32,000 bases of DNA from Cylindrospermopsis raciborskii Cr2010 (lineage in GTDB: Bacteria > Cyanobacteriota > Cyanobacteriia > Cyanobacteriales > Nostocaceae). Shown one piece after another: positions 18,826 to 28,345 of this stretch (positions are counted from its first letter, which is position 1; the number at the start of each line of letters is the position of its first letter). A program made the translations under genes and the position numbers. The stretch spans positions 720,001-752,000 of the forward strand of contig NZ_CP065936.1 of the NCBI RefSeq assembly GCF_003367075.2, in the 5' to 3' direction. The notes beneath the pieces are model-generated. The model made no database searches, was not told the origin of the DNA, and saw nothing but the letters and a program-made list of their open reading frames with translations.

Positions 18826-19683
18826 TTACCGGGCTTTATTTGCAATTTCAGTCTTAAATTGCCCAGGGGGTTTGGTGAAGGTATGATCATGGTATTGAGT
18901 GCAAAGTTCCGGGCGTTTAGGAGTGTGAGAAGTGTAAACAAAAAATGCTGTAGAACGCTCTTCACTTCTAACTGTTCCGTGATGTAAAACATTTCTAGGA
19001 TCAACAAAAATTACAGTTCCTGCTTTTCCTGGACAAGATTTCCAGAATTTTTTAGGAATAACATTCATCATTTCTCGGTCATCAATTCCCAAAAAACCCG
19101 ACTTCCACAATCTATAATCGACCCGATAATAATTACACCATTCTCCAATATTACTGGGTAAAGGTATATATTCAAAAGGTCCATGTTCTTCCCCCACATC
19201 GTGTAAATAGACGATGATTTTAATCATCCGTCGATCTTCCGCATCCTTGTGCCACAGCAGAGTTTGTAGTTGCTGCTCATTTGGAAAATCCTTCCGCACA
19301 TGAACACCATGAAAAGCTATAGGTAACTCTATATAACTTTCAATGATATTCCTTAACCTAGATTCAATTCCCCAGGTAAAAAATTCCGGTAGATCTGTAA
19401 CCGTGTAAATTTGTGGTAAGCTATATCCCGACTCCACATTTCTGGGAGCTGATATCATCCCTGCATAACCCGTAGCACTTACCCACATTTGTGTGGTTGA
19501 TGGCATTCCTAAATCTGTGAGAGAAGTAATATAAACACCTTGCTGCTTTAAGGTTTCAGCAATTAATTTATCTTTTGGGGATAATACAGGTAAATGCTTT
19601 TTATATTTAGCCACAGATACCCGATAATTAAAATCCTCAGTAAAGGCGTTGAGTTGATCTTGCCAAGTATTAATCATCATCAT
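18826..19683 (-). CDS. Putative Fe(II)/2-oxoglutarate-dependent dioxygenase (PhyH-like)
   Basis: LLWHKDAEDRRMIKIIVYLHDVGEEHGPFEYIPLP (HxD facial-triad element; GPFEYIPxS pattern), followed by GTVIFVDPRNVLHHGTVRSEERSTAFFVY (distal His and 2OG-binding Arg candidates). Confidence 0.65.
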   Translation of the reverse strand: MMMINTWQDQLNAFTEDFNYRVSVAKYKKHLPVLSPKDKLIAETLKQQGVYITSLTDLGMPSTTQMWVSATGYAGMISAPRNVESGYSLPQIYTVTDLPEFFTWGIESRLRNIIESYIELPIAFHGVHVRKDFPNEQQLQTLLWHKDAEDRRMIKIIVYLHDVGEEHGPFEYIPLPSNIGEWCNYYRVDYRLWKSGFLGIDDREMMNVIPKKFWKSCPGKAGTVIFVDPRNVLHHGTVRSEERSTAFFVYTSHTPKRPELCTQYHDHTFTKPPGQFKTEIANKAR

Positions 19684-19713
19684 TTAAACTAATAATTCAA
19701 CCCAGTAATTAAC

Positions 19714-20727
19714 TCACGAATCTTTATTGCGACGAAGAGAAGAAGTAGATATTTGCTGATTACAATCAGCAATTTTCAGTTCAGGAGCGGCCATAACTTC
19801 TACTGCGGAAACCGTAACTACAGCAAAAAAGGGAAGTATGGTTTGAATAGCAGAAATTGGCCATCTTCTTAAAGCACCTAGGAAAACTTTTGGATTAACT
19901 CCTCGCCAGTTCTGAATCATCATTCTGGCATAAAACTGTTTAGAATATCCATTTTCATGGAGCTTAGAAATCACCTCTGGTATGTGTTTATATTGCATTA
20001 ATAGTGCGGATTTAGGTTCCTTTTGCCAATAACTGACACCTACAATACATTCTAAAAAGTTTTCTTTGGTGACAATTACCTTTCCATGAGCTGCACAATA
20101 ACCCGCAAAATAGGCTAAAGAAATCCAGTTATTAATGGCATCCGGCCAAATTTGTAGAGCCTGTTTAACCAGATCAGCCCTATAAATTGAAGCTGTCAGA
20201 AATATTACTGCGCCCACACTTTTAGCAAGACAATGTTCAAAGATTGCCTTACCATTTCCCGCACCATCTTCCACATCAATATCAAACCAACGATTGCCAG
20301 AAATAGTGGGTGGATGAACTGCTTCCCCAGTAATTTTATTTCTTCCTGAAAAATTCAGAAACATTAAAGATAAGTCCTGGTGTTTTTGCAATTTATCTAT
20401 TACGTAACCAACAGTTCTATCTTGAATGGGATCATCATCACCAATTGTCCATACATATTTGGTAGTGGCGGAATTTAGACAGTAAATTATATTCCTCATC
20501 ACACCCAAATTGCTACTGTTTCTGTTAGATATAAAAGTTACAGAGCTGAGAATTTTCTGCCATTTTTTGATAACTTGCGGTGTATAATCACTGGAACAAT
20601 TGTCAGATACTAAGATTTCACAATCTTGTTCATAACCTTTAATAGCATGAGATAACCACTCCAATTGTTGATCCAGCAAATTTGCTCGATTATAGGTGGG
20701 AATGGCAATAGTCAGTAATTTACTCAT
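19714..20727 (-). CDS. Family-2 glycosyltransferase
   Basis: LTIAIPTYNRANLLDQQLEWLSHAIKGYEQDCEILVSDNCSSDYT; NSATTKYVWTIGDDDPI. Confidence 0.92.
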   Translation of the reverse strand: MSKLLTIAIPTYNRANLLDQQLEWLSHAIKGYEQDCEILVSDNCSSDYTPQVIKKWQKILSSVTFISNRNSSNLGVMRNIIYCLNSATTKYVWTIGDDDPIQDRTVGYVIDKLQKHQDLSLMFLNFSGRNKITGEAVHPPTISGNRWFDIDVEDGAGNGKAIFEHCLAKSVGAVIFLTASIYRADLVKQALQIWPDAINNWISLAYFAGYCAAHGKVIVTKENFLECIVGVSYWQKEPKSALLMQYKHIPEVISKLHENGYSKQFYARMMIQNWRGVNPKVFLGALRRWPISAIQTILPFFAVVTVSAVEVMAAPELKIADCNQQISTSSLRRNKDS

Positions 20728-20860
20728 GTAAAATAATTTCCCAAGTATGTTAATTAAACCAGAATTATTAGATCCCAGCAGTGATTTTGATGAAGATTTC
20801 CATAAGATTACTGCTTGGGACTTTTTGAAATATTAAAAAATTAATTCAAAAAACTAATTC

Positions 20861-21886
20861 CTAGCTATGCCAAAAAAAATTCTGATCGAGTTGTTGAGTA
20901 CGGATCAAATACTCCAGCTGCTTTAATCTGGTAAATCCTCTAAAAAGGAATGTATCCTCAGTCATGTCAATTTGCTGGAATAAATTCAATAACTGTTGGG
21001 CACCACGCTCCGCATTCCACTCACATTTGAATCCTGGTAATATTGTGTTGATCTTCTCGAAGGATACTCGATAACTACGATTATCCGCACCATTATTACC
21101 AAAGGTTAATTTACAATCTGGGAAGGTTGCTGCAATGATTTGGGCAATTTCTCGCACGCGATAATTATTTTGTGTATCTCCTACATTAAAAACCTGATTG
21201 TGAATAATATCCCTGGGTGCTTCCAAGACACAGACAATGGCTTTACAAATGTCCAAAGCATGAACTAAAGGTCGCCAAGGAGTACCATCACTAGTCATTT
21301 TAATTTCCTTGGTAGTCCAAGCTAACCCAGCTAAATTGTTTAAAACAATATCAAATCTCATGCGGGGGGAAGCTCCAAATGCTGTTGCATTGCGCATGAA
21401 GGTAGGGGAAAAATCATCATCAGCTAATAACTTAATATCCCTTTCCACCAAGGTTTTGCACTCAGCATAAGCTGTTTGAGGATTCACTGGTGATTCTTCT
21501 GTTACATCCCCATCAGTGGCAATTCCATAAACACTGCAAGAAGACATATAAACAAACCGACGCACTCCCATGGTTTTAGCCAAATTGGCCAATCGCACGG
21601 AACCTAAATGATTGATATCATAGGTAATATGGGGTGCCAATTGTCCTGTGGGATCATTAGAAAGTTCTGCTTTGTGAACTATAGCATCTACTCCCTCTAG
21701 GTCTTCTGGATTAATATTACGAATGTCTTTGTTGAGAGTTTTGACTGTTATTTCTGTACCGTTATATAACCAGCCAACTTTATAAAAACCCGTGTCTACT
21801 CCAATTACCTTATGACCTTTAGCAATTAATAAGGGAGGGAGCAATGAGCCTAAATATCCTTCTGTACCAGTGACTAATATTTTCAT
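20861..21886 (-). CDS. NAD-dependent epimerase/dehydratase (extended SDR)
   Basis: MKILVTGTEGYLGSLLPPLL (GxxGxxG); MSSCSVYG; YAECK catalytic YxxxK; NVGDTQNNYRVREIA. Confidence 0.92.
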   Translation of the reverse strand: MKILVTGTEGYLGSLLPPLLIAKGHKVIGVDTGFYKVGWLYNGTEITVKTLNKDIRNINPEDLEGVDAIVHKAELSNDPTGQLAPHITYDINHLGSVRLANLAKTMGVRRFVYMSSCSVYGIATDGDVTEESPVNPQTAYAECKTLVERDIKLLADDDFSPTFMRNATAFGASPRMRFDIVLNNLAGLAWTTKEIKMTSDGTPWRPLVHALDICKAIVCVLEAPRDIIHNQVFNVGDTQNNYRVREIAQIIAATFPDCKLTFGNNGADNRSYRVSFEKINTILPGFKCEWNAERGAQQLLNLFQQIDMTEDTFLFRGFTRLKQLEYLIRTQQLDQNFFWHS

Positions 21887-21932
21887 AGTTTTCCTCTTGA
21901 TTTTGATTTGGGACTTTACTCCAGGCTTGTTT

Positions 21933-23141
21933 TTAAAAACACCTGATTAAATTTGCTGGTTCTGGTAATTGATTCACAATGGCCTTACCAATCTCTAAAG
22001 AAGATGTAGCTGCAGGTGATGGTGCATTGCAAACGTGAATAGAGTTTTTACCAGGAACGATTAAAAAGTCCTCTACCAGAGAACCATTATTCATTAATGC
22101 TTGAGCTCTAACCCCCGCATGGGTGGGTACTAAATCTTTCGCCTCCACTTCTGGAATCAGTTTTTGCAAACTTCTGACAAAAGCTGCTTTACTCCAGGAA
22201 CGTATCATTTCTTTGATTCCTTCATCAGCATGTTTGGCTGCTAGTTTCCAAAAACCAGGATAGGTAATGACTTCAGTTAGATCTCTTAGATCAAAATCGG
22301 TTTTTTTGTAACCTTCTCTTTTAAAACTCAAAACCGCATTTGGACCAGCGTGAACTGTGCCATCAATCATCCTGGTAAAATGTACACCCAAAAATGGGAA
22401 ATCTGGGTTAGGAACTGGATAAATAAGCGTTTTGACTAAAGAACGTTTTTCCGGTGTTAGTTCATAGTATTCTCCCCGAAAGGGAACGATTTTAGCTTGG
22501 GGATTTACCTGACCCAATTCCGCCAGGCGATCGCTATGTAGTCCACCACAGTTAATTACAAATCTAGTTTCAAAACTGCCTTTGGTAGTTTCTATTATCT
22601 GATTTTCGCCGCTTGGGTGTAGTTTTAAAACCCGGGTGTTAAGGCGTAAATCGCCTCCTTGATTTTGAATAATCTCCGCGTACTTGAGGCAAACTTGTTT
22701 GTAGTTGACAATCCCAGTAGAAGAGACTCGAATTGCTGCCAAGCAACTAAGATGAGGTTCAATTTCCCTTGCTTCTTGAGGACTAATTCTCTTCACGGGA
22801 ATACCATTATCTAAACCTCGCTGATAGAGGTTTTCTAATCTTGGTATTTCCTCGGGTTCTGTGGCGACAATAACCTTACCACAAATATCATGATCTATAT
22901 TATGTTCTCGACAAAATTCCACCATTGATCGACTGCCATCACGGCAGAATTTTGCTTTGAAACTACCGGGTTTGTAGTAAATACCAGAATGAATGACACC
23001 ACTATTGTTGCCAGTTTGATGAAATGCCCATTCCGCTTCTTTTTCTAGGACTAAAATCTTGGTCTGACCATAGCGTTTACCTAAAGCCATGGCCGTAGCT
23101 AGTCCTACTATTCCACCACCAATAATGGCAAAGTCATACAT
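21933..23141 (-). CDS. lhgO: FAD-dependent L-2-hydroxyglutarate oxidase/dehydrogenase family
   Basis: MYDFAIIGGGIVGLATAMALGKRY; FHQTGNNSGVIHSGIYYKPGS; PFRGEYYEL; FLGVHFTRMIDGTVHAGPNAVLSFKREGY; HVCNAPSPAATSSLEIGKAI. Confidence 0.9.
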   Translation of the reverse strand: MYDFAIIGGGIVGLATAMALGKRYGQTKILVLEKEAEWAFHQTGNNSGVIHSGIYYKPGSFKAKFCRDGSRSMVEFCREHNIDHDICGKVIVATEPEEIPRLENLYQRGLDNGIPVKRISPQEAREIEPHLSCLAAIRVSSTGIVNYKQVCLKYAEIIQNQGGDLRLNTRVLKLHPSGENQIIETTKGSFETRFVINCGGLHSDRLAELGQVNPQAKIVPFRGEYYELTPEKRSLVKTLIYPVPNPDFPFLGVHFTRMIDGTVHAGPNAVLSFKREGYKKTDFDLRDLTEVITYPGFWKLAAKHADEGIKEMIRSWSKAAFVRSLQKLIPEVEAKDLVPTHAGVRAQALMNNGSLVEDFLIVPGKNSIHVCNAPSPAATSSLEIGKAIVNQLPEPANLIRCF

Positions 23142-23169
23142 GATTATTTTTCCCTTAAATCACCATCAA

Positions 23170-23946
23170 TTATGCCCACACCTTCCAAGGAGCTTGATTA
23201 TTTTTCCACAAATCTTCCAGGTAGTTTTTATCTCTTAAAGTATCCATTGGCTGCCAAAATCCCTGATGTTTAAAAGCTGACAGTTGTTCCATATCCGCTA
23301 ATTTTTCTAGTGGTTCCTTTTCCCAAACCGTACTTTCATCAGCAATAAAATTAATTACCTCTGGTTCTAGGACAAAATAACCACCATTAATCCAAGCACC
23401 ATCACCCTCTGGCTTTTCTTTAAAACTGGTAATTTTAGTTTGTTCTTGTCCTAGGGAAATTGCCCCAAATCTTCCTGCTGGTTGGACAGCACTAAGGGTG
23501 GCTAAGGTTTTTTGGCTTTGGTGAAAATTAATTAGTTCCGTAATATTAATATTGCTGACACCATCTCCATAGGTAAAACAGAAAGTTTCGTTACCAATAT
23601 GTTCTCTCACTTTCTTTAGTCTACCACCTGTCATGGTATTATCGCCCGTATTTACCAAAGTAACCCGCCATGGTTCTGCATATCCGGAATGGATACTCAT
23701 TTGATTAAATCTCATATCAAAAGTTACGTCTGACATGTGGAGGAAGTAGTTGGCAAAATACTCCTTAATAATGTAACCCTTGTATCCACAACAAATGATA
23801 AAATCATTAATACCATGAGCTGAATATATTTTCATAATATGCCAAAGAATTGGCTTGCCACCCACTTCTACCATTGGCTTAGGTCTAATACTAGTTTCTT
23901 CACTCAGACGCGTTCCTAAACCACCAGCTAGAATTACTGCTTTCAT
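23170..23946 (-). CDS. rfbF: Glucose-1-phosphate cytidylyltransferase
   Basis: MKAVILAGGLGTRLSEETSIRPKPMVEVGGKPILWHIMKIYSAHGINDFIICCGYKGYIIKEYF is diagnostic for RfbF; also FTYGDGVSNINI. Confidence 0.95.
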   Translation of the reverse strand: MKAVILAGGLGTRLSEETSIRPKPMVEVGGKPILWHIMKIYSAHGINDFIICCGYKGYIIKEYFANYFLHMSDVTFDMRFNQMSIHSGYAEPWRVTLVNTGDNTMTGGRLKKVREHIGNETFCFTYGDGVSNINITELINFHQSQKTLATLSAVQPAGRFGAISLGQEQTKITSFKEKPEGDGAWINGGYFVLEPEVINFIADESTVWEKEPLEKLADMEQLSAFKHQGFWQPMDTLRDKNYLEDLWKNNQAPWKVWA

Positions 23947-24133
23947 GCAAATACCTCTGATTTATTTGATTTAACTATTTGCCAGCACGACAAGTTATGG
24001 GAATTAAATAGATGGGATTTTGCTTGGTTTCCCTTTCTGATGGAACATAATAGTAATCTAGCGAAAAAAAACGGGACTGTTTATAAAGAGTCAGTAAATT
24101 TAGGGTAAGCCTTGAAATAAGATAATTGTCAAC

Positions 24134-24173
24134 AAAAAAACAAGGAGACAGCTACTAGATATCTATCTCCTTG
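24134..24173 (-). terminator. Rho-independent terminator of the kinase/PP2C/vWA gene set
   Basis: On the minus strand: CAAGGAGATAGATATCTAGTAGCTGTCTCCTTG followed by TTTTTTT. The 8-bp perfect stem (24141-24148/24166-24173) extends to 10 of 11 pairs with one mismatch. It lies about 31 nt past the kinase stop (24205). Confidence 0.85.
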
Positions 24174-24204
24174 GTGAGGAAAATATTATTTTTCTTACTA
24201 CATT

Positions 24205-26397
24205 TCAGGGATTTACATTATAAATAATTGATGAGTTCTGTAAAAAATAGTCGCACTTTTCTTCAGCAATAACACAAATATTACTGATAGCTTGCTGGTA
24301 GTTGTTCACATCCTTCTTATTCAGATATAATTGAGCAGATTTTTCTAAATCTTCCAGAGCTTGTTGCTGATTATTCCTGGCTGTCCTTTCTCCATATTGG
24401 GCTAATTCATAGTAAATCATTCCTCTTTTGAGGAACACCTCTGCCATTTCCGGATTAATATTTAATGCCTGGTCAAAATCTGCGATCGCCTGTTTATATA
24501 TTTGAGCATAATTACTGCTATATTGGGCAAATTGGTAACGAGCTAGACCGCGCTGAAAGTAGGCTTCTGCTTTAAAACGATTGAGTTTAATTGCCTGTGT
24601 AAAGTCCCCAATAGATCTTTCGTATTCCTCTTGTGAGTTATTACTATATCTGGCTATTTGTGACCGAACAATACCTCTTCTAACATAGGCTTCATCATCT
24701 TGTTGGTTAATGTTAATAGCATTATTGAAACTGTCTATAGCTTTTTTATATTCATAATCCGGATCATTGCTATAGTCAGCCAGTTTAAGATAAGCATTAC
24801 CACGATTGATAAATGCCTTAACTTCCTGGGGATTAATTTTCAAAGCCAGATTATAATCTGTCAATGCTCCTTCATAATCATTTAAATTATAGCGGGCATT
24901 GCCCCTATGCATGTATAGTTTAGAAAAATTAGTATTTTGTTTGATACCTTGGCTAAAGTCCTCAATTGCTTGTTGATAGTCCTGTTGTTGATAAGCCTGA
25001 TTACCACGTTGATAGTAATCATTAAAACTTAAACTTAATGGGGAATGAACATTTTCGCTTCTACTAGACAATAAACTTTGTTGAGTGTAAGGATTAGGAG
25101 AGAGAAAAGGACGGGTAAATTTAACCATAATATCCAAATAACCCAATACACCCAAACCTAAAAGTCCAAACATAAGAGTATAAAACTTAGACCTACTTGA
25201 TGTTTGTACAGGTTGATAACCAGGCGAAGTTGATCTCAAAGAGAATTGGGTATAGGTAGCCAAAACGGGAACAGCTGGTTTACGAACACGGGGCTGATAT
25301 CTAGGGCGCTTACGAGATTTGCGTCGGGGTTGGAGATGTTCCCGAGCGGAGATTGCCTGCAAAGATGGAAAGGGGTCTCTCCCCCCCAACTTCATAGTGC
25401 GTTCACACCAGGGACATTTATCTAGATGAGGATGATAAGCATGCTGAGGATTAACAGCACAAGAAATCAAACTTGCTTCTGCAGTAGATAAAACCGATAG
25501 CCAAGTTTGGGCACTGGGGCGCAAATAGGGAGAATGGTGACCATCTTCAAAACAGCTGATAAACAGATCTCGTAAATCAGGATGAAGAGTTTGCCAACTG
25601 GGAGTAATGGGAGTAGGTAAATAGGGGACTTTTTGTTTTTGGCTATAGGTAAAATGGCCAGCTAGAATGCGGGACTCATAAGTGGGGGGATCCCCTAAAC
25701 CTTGAAAAACCCCAGAAAAAGGGTGAGTCCCTTCCATCAAAAGCTGGAATATCAACACCCCTAACCCGAACAAATCATGATAGGTTTCCCGATTATAGTC
25801 AGCAAAGGTTTTATTCTGAAGTTCTGGGGGAGTATATTCTGGTTTACCCACCAAACATCGATAAACCGTATTTTGAGACAAATCTGGGACTTGAAAGGAG
25901 TCCGTATCCACTAAACTAACTAAAGCTGTGTTACTGACTAGAATATTTGATTCATTGACATCGCCAATACAGTAATTACTTGCATGTAACGCGGCAAAAG
26001 CTGCGGCCAAATTGCGAGCAGTGCGCAGTAAATATTGATAATTAAATAGGGGACAGTTTTGACGACGATTGCCAGGATTATAAAAGTCCATAATAGGACG
26101 CATGTTCCGAATCCGTGGCATTAAAAAGCCAATAATAGTATCACTACCCTCCGCAGCAGTTAATAACTCCTGTGGCCATGCTATAGAAATATGACCAAAA
26201 CTGGCCGCAGGATTTGCTGGGGGGTTGGCGATCATGGCCCGCAGTTTCTGAATATGACTAGAAGTTGGGTGATGATAAATTTTGGCGACTAAATTTTCAT
26301 CGCTTGGAACCGTATAGACACAAGCTTCACCCCCGCGTCCCAAATTTTCCTGTAAATCCAGAACCTCTTGATTGGAAAAAGAACGTAGTACCTGCAT
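24205..26397 (-). CDS. TerY-P-type protein kinase with Zn-ribbon-like motif, TM segment and C-terminal TPR repeats
   Basis: LGRGGEACVYTVP...LVAKIY; atypical catalytic loop CIGDVNESNILV and VDTDSFQ; CPWCER; TM FYTLMFGLLGLGVLGYLDIMV; several TPR units such as YMHRGNARYNLNDYEGALTDYNLALKINPQ. Confidence 0.88.
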   Translation of the reverse strand: MQVLRSFSNQEVLDLQENLGRGGEACVYTVPSDENLVAKIYHHPTSSHIQKLRAMIANPPANPAASFGHISIAWPQELLTAAEGSDTIIGFLMPRIRNMRPIMDFYNPGNRRQNCPLFNYQYLLRTARNLAAAFAALHASNYCIGDVNESNILVSNTALVSLVDTDSFQVPDLSQNTVYRCLVGKPEYTPPELQNKTFADYNRETYHDLFGLGVLIFQLLMEGTHPFSGVFQGLGDPPTYESRILAGHFTYSQKQKVPYLPTPITPSWQTLHPDLRDLFISCFEDGHHSPYLRPSAQTWLSVLSTAEASLISCAVNPQHAYHPHLDKCPWCERTMKLGGRDPFPSLQAISAREHLQPRRKSRKRPRYQPRVRKPAVPVLATYTQFSLRSTSPGYQPVQTSSRSKFYTLMFGLLGLGVLGYLDIMVKFTRPFLSPNPYTQQSLLSSRSENVHSPLSLSFNDYYQRGNQAYQQQDYQQAIEDFSQGIKQNTNFSKLYMHRGNARYNLNDYEGALTDYNLALKINPQEVKAFINRGNAYLKLADYSNDPDYEYKKAIDSFNNAININQQDDEAYVRRGIVRSQIARYSNNSQEEYERSIGDFTQAIKLNRFKAEAYFQRGLARYQFAQYSSNYAQIYKQAIADFDQALNINPEMAEVFLKRGMIYYELAQYGERTARNNQQQALEDLEKSAQLYLNKKDVNNYQQAISNICVIAEEKCDYFLQNSSIIYNVNP

Positions 26398-26439
26398 AAT
26401 TCAATGGTGATTAATGGACTTTATAAAACAAACCTTTTA

Positions 26440-27219
26440 TCAGTTACTAAATGCTGCTAGTACCAAAGTTAAATCATCATCCGTACGTTCAATAATTTTT
26501 CTAGAAGATAAAAAACTTGTTAACTGTTCTTTTGCTAGTCTATGGTCTTCAACCTTGGCAACAAAATCAAATAAGGGTAAAAAGAAGGGTTGATGTGGTT
26601 CTTGAACTAGCATATTTAGAGCTAACATTTGTAGACCATCGGTAAGCACTCCAATATTAACTATGTTATGACGCAAGATTTGTAGCTGAGTTGTAGTCAC
26701 CGCTTCAGATGAAGTCAAAAATATGGTTTCGTTGACATATTCGCCCCTGTGGGGAATGGTCAGAGCTTGCAATTTACCCGTGCTATCCCTAGTCACAGCT
26801 AAACCATCTCCTATTTGTGCTACCGCTGCAAGTTTTGGGGTAGCAACTACAATAATTAAGGTAGTTGCTAGGTCAGATAGCTCATATTTGCCCACCTGAG
26901 CTTCGTTTTCCAAAGCGGTTTTGGCATTGATCATGGCCTCATGCAGCAACTCTCTCAATAGGATATCATCAGTGATGACGGTGGCAATATCTTTCCGCTG
27001 GGATATATACTCTATAGCTGTTTGGGTGGCTATCACCGCTCCTACTTTCCCTAGATTGGCACAACCTGCTCCATCTGCAACTGCTATTAATAATACATTA
27101 TTGGGCAGTATATGCCAATAGTGAGCATCTTGACACAACTGGTCATTTTTGATATGGCTGGTTCCACATACGGATGCGGCTGCTACTCGCCATTGGGCAA
27201 CCTGTTTCGATGAGTTCAT
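26440..27219 (-). CDS. PP2C-family protein serine/threonine phosphatase
   Basis: SVCGTSHIKNDQLCQDAHYW; LLIAVADGAGCANLGKVGAVIATQTAIEYI; LTDGLQMLALNM. Confidence 0.88.
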   Translation of the reverse strand: MNSSKQVAQWRVAAASVCGTSHIKNDQLCQDAHYWHILPNNVLLIAVADGAGCANLGKVGAVIATQTAIEYISQRKDIATVITDDILLRELLHEAMINAKTALENEAQVGKYELSDLATTLIIVVATPKLAAVAQIGDGLAVTRDSTGKLQALTIPHRGEYVNETIFLTSSEAVTTTQLQILRHNIVNIGVLTDGLQMLALNMLVQEPHQPFFLPLFDFVAKVEDHRLAKEQLTSFLSSRKIIERTDDDLTLVLAAFSN

Positions 27220-27264
27220 AATCGCATAAATGGTAGCTGATGGCTGGCTATTGTCAATATATAT

Positions 27265-27963
27265 TTAGATAGAACCCCAACCGATGGGCGGTAGTGCTAC
27301 TTGCTCTTCTAACTGAGAATGGGATACAGCGGACATACTGGCCGAAAGCCACACAAACATTTCTACAAAGTTGAGACCTTTGAGTTTTAGGGGAGTCCGC
27401 ACAGCTATTTGATGGAGACGATCCATATTGGCATTTTCTACTCCTACAGTGAAAAAAGCTACTTTTTTATTGGACTCATCTCCTCGTAGACGCTGGGTTG
27501 CTTGTTCTATAACCTCGTCTATCTCACCCTGGGGTTCACCATCTGTAATCATAAATACCCATGGACGATAGTAAGCAATGCCATTGGCACGATACTGGGA
27601 TTTGCGCTCCTGAATTATTTCTAGGGATTTATTAATTCCCGCTCCCATAGTTGTTAATCCCTGAGCTGTTAGAATAGGAGGAGTAAATTGATCTACGGTC
27701 ACAAAATCTTGTACCACGTTTACATGACTATCAAAAGTAACAATTGCCACTTCTACTCTTCTAGCAGCTAGGGTGTTCTTAACCAGTTCATCCTTAAAAC
27801 TCAGTAGACCCTGATTTAGTGCCTCAATTCTATCACCCTGCATGGATCCGGAAGTATCTAGCAGGAGTACACAGGGACACCGAGGTTCTGGATTTTCTGC
27901 GAACTCAACCACTTCATCTAGGGTAAAGGTATTCAGCATAATTTCTTGTGTGATGTCGTCCAA
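27265..27963 (-). CDS. TerY-like von Willebrand factor type A domain protein
   Basis: MIDAS motif CVLLLDTSGSMQGDRIEALNQGLLSFKDEL; VEVAIVTFDSHVNVVQDF; LTTMGAGINKSLEII; WVFMITDGEPQG. Confidence 0.9.
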   Translation of the reverse strand: MDDITQEIMLNTFTLDEVVEFAENPEPRCPCVLLLDTSGSMQGDRIEALNQGLLSFKDELVKNTLAARRVEVAIVTFDSHVNVVQDFVTVDQFTPPILTAQGLTTMGAGINKSLEIIQERKSQYRANGIAYYRPWVFMITDGEPQGEIDEVIEQATQRLRGDESNKKVAFFTVGVENANMDRLHQIAVRTPLKLKGLNFVEMFVWLSASMSAVSHSQLEEQVALPPIGWGSI

Positions 27964-28345
27964 GGTTCTGATTTCCTCTTCTCAAATTATATAGTGTCTA
28001 GACTGTTAGGACTGCAATTATTGCATCTGGTGGTAGATAAACAGGATTTTGTCTCCCAATTATTTCCCATTTAATTCTCCAGTTCAGGAAACTTGAGCAT
28101 TACCATACGGTTTGTTAATGGCTAATTAATCTAAAGGTACACAAGACACCCCTAATATATAATATATAATGACCAGCTAGAATTTAAAGATTCTATGTTT
28201 TCTCTTCTCTATATTATCGATTAGTTTGAAAGAAACTACTGTATCAAAAAGACTCCCTCTTGACCCAATATTCTCATAATATGGTCATGGTAGCACAACT
28301 GCTTTGGGGTCTTAAATCACTTATTAATTTACTTAATCACTTACT

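Noticed and set aside
18816-19007. 63-aa minus-strand ORF at the dioxygenase/rfbC boundary
   Set aside because: Overlaps the 3' end of the dioxygenase-like gene in another frame, with no recognisable content.
24205-25020. Internal DNA repeats in the 3' half of the kinase gene
   Set aside because: Explained by tandem TPR coding units with divergent DNA, not by a separate repeat element.
28156-28168. AT palindrome TATATAATATATA in the vWA-ugpC divergent intergenic region
   Set aside because: Could be a promoter element, but such strings are common in AT-rich intergenic DNA and no matching -35 or NtcA box (GTAN8TAC) was found nearby.
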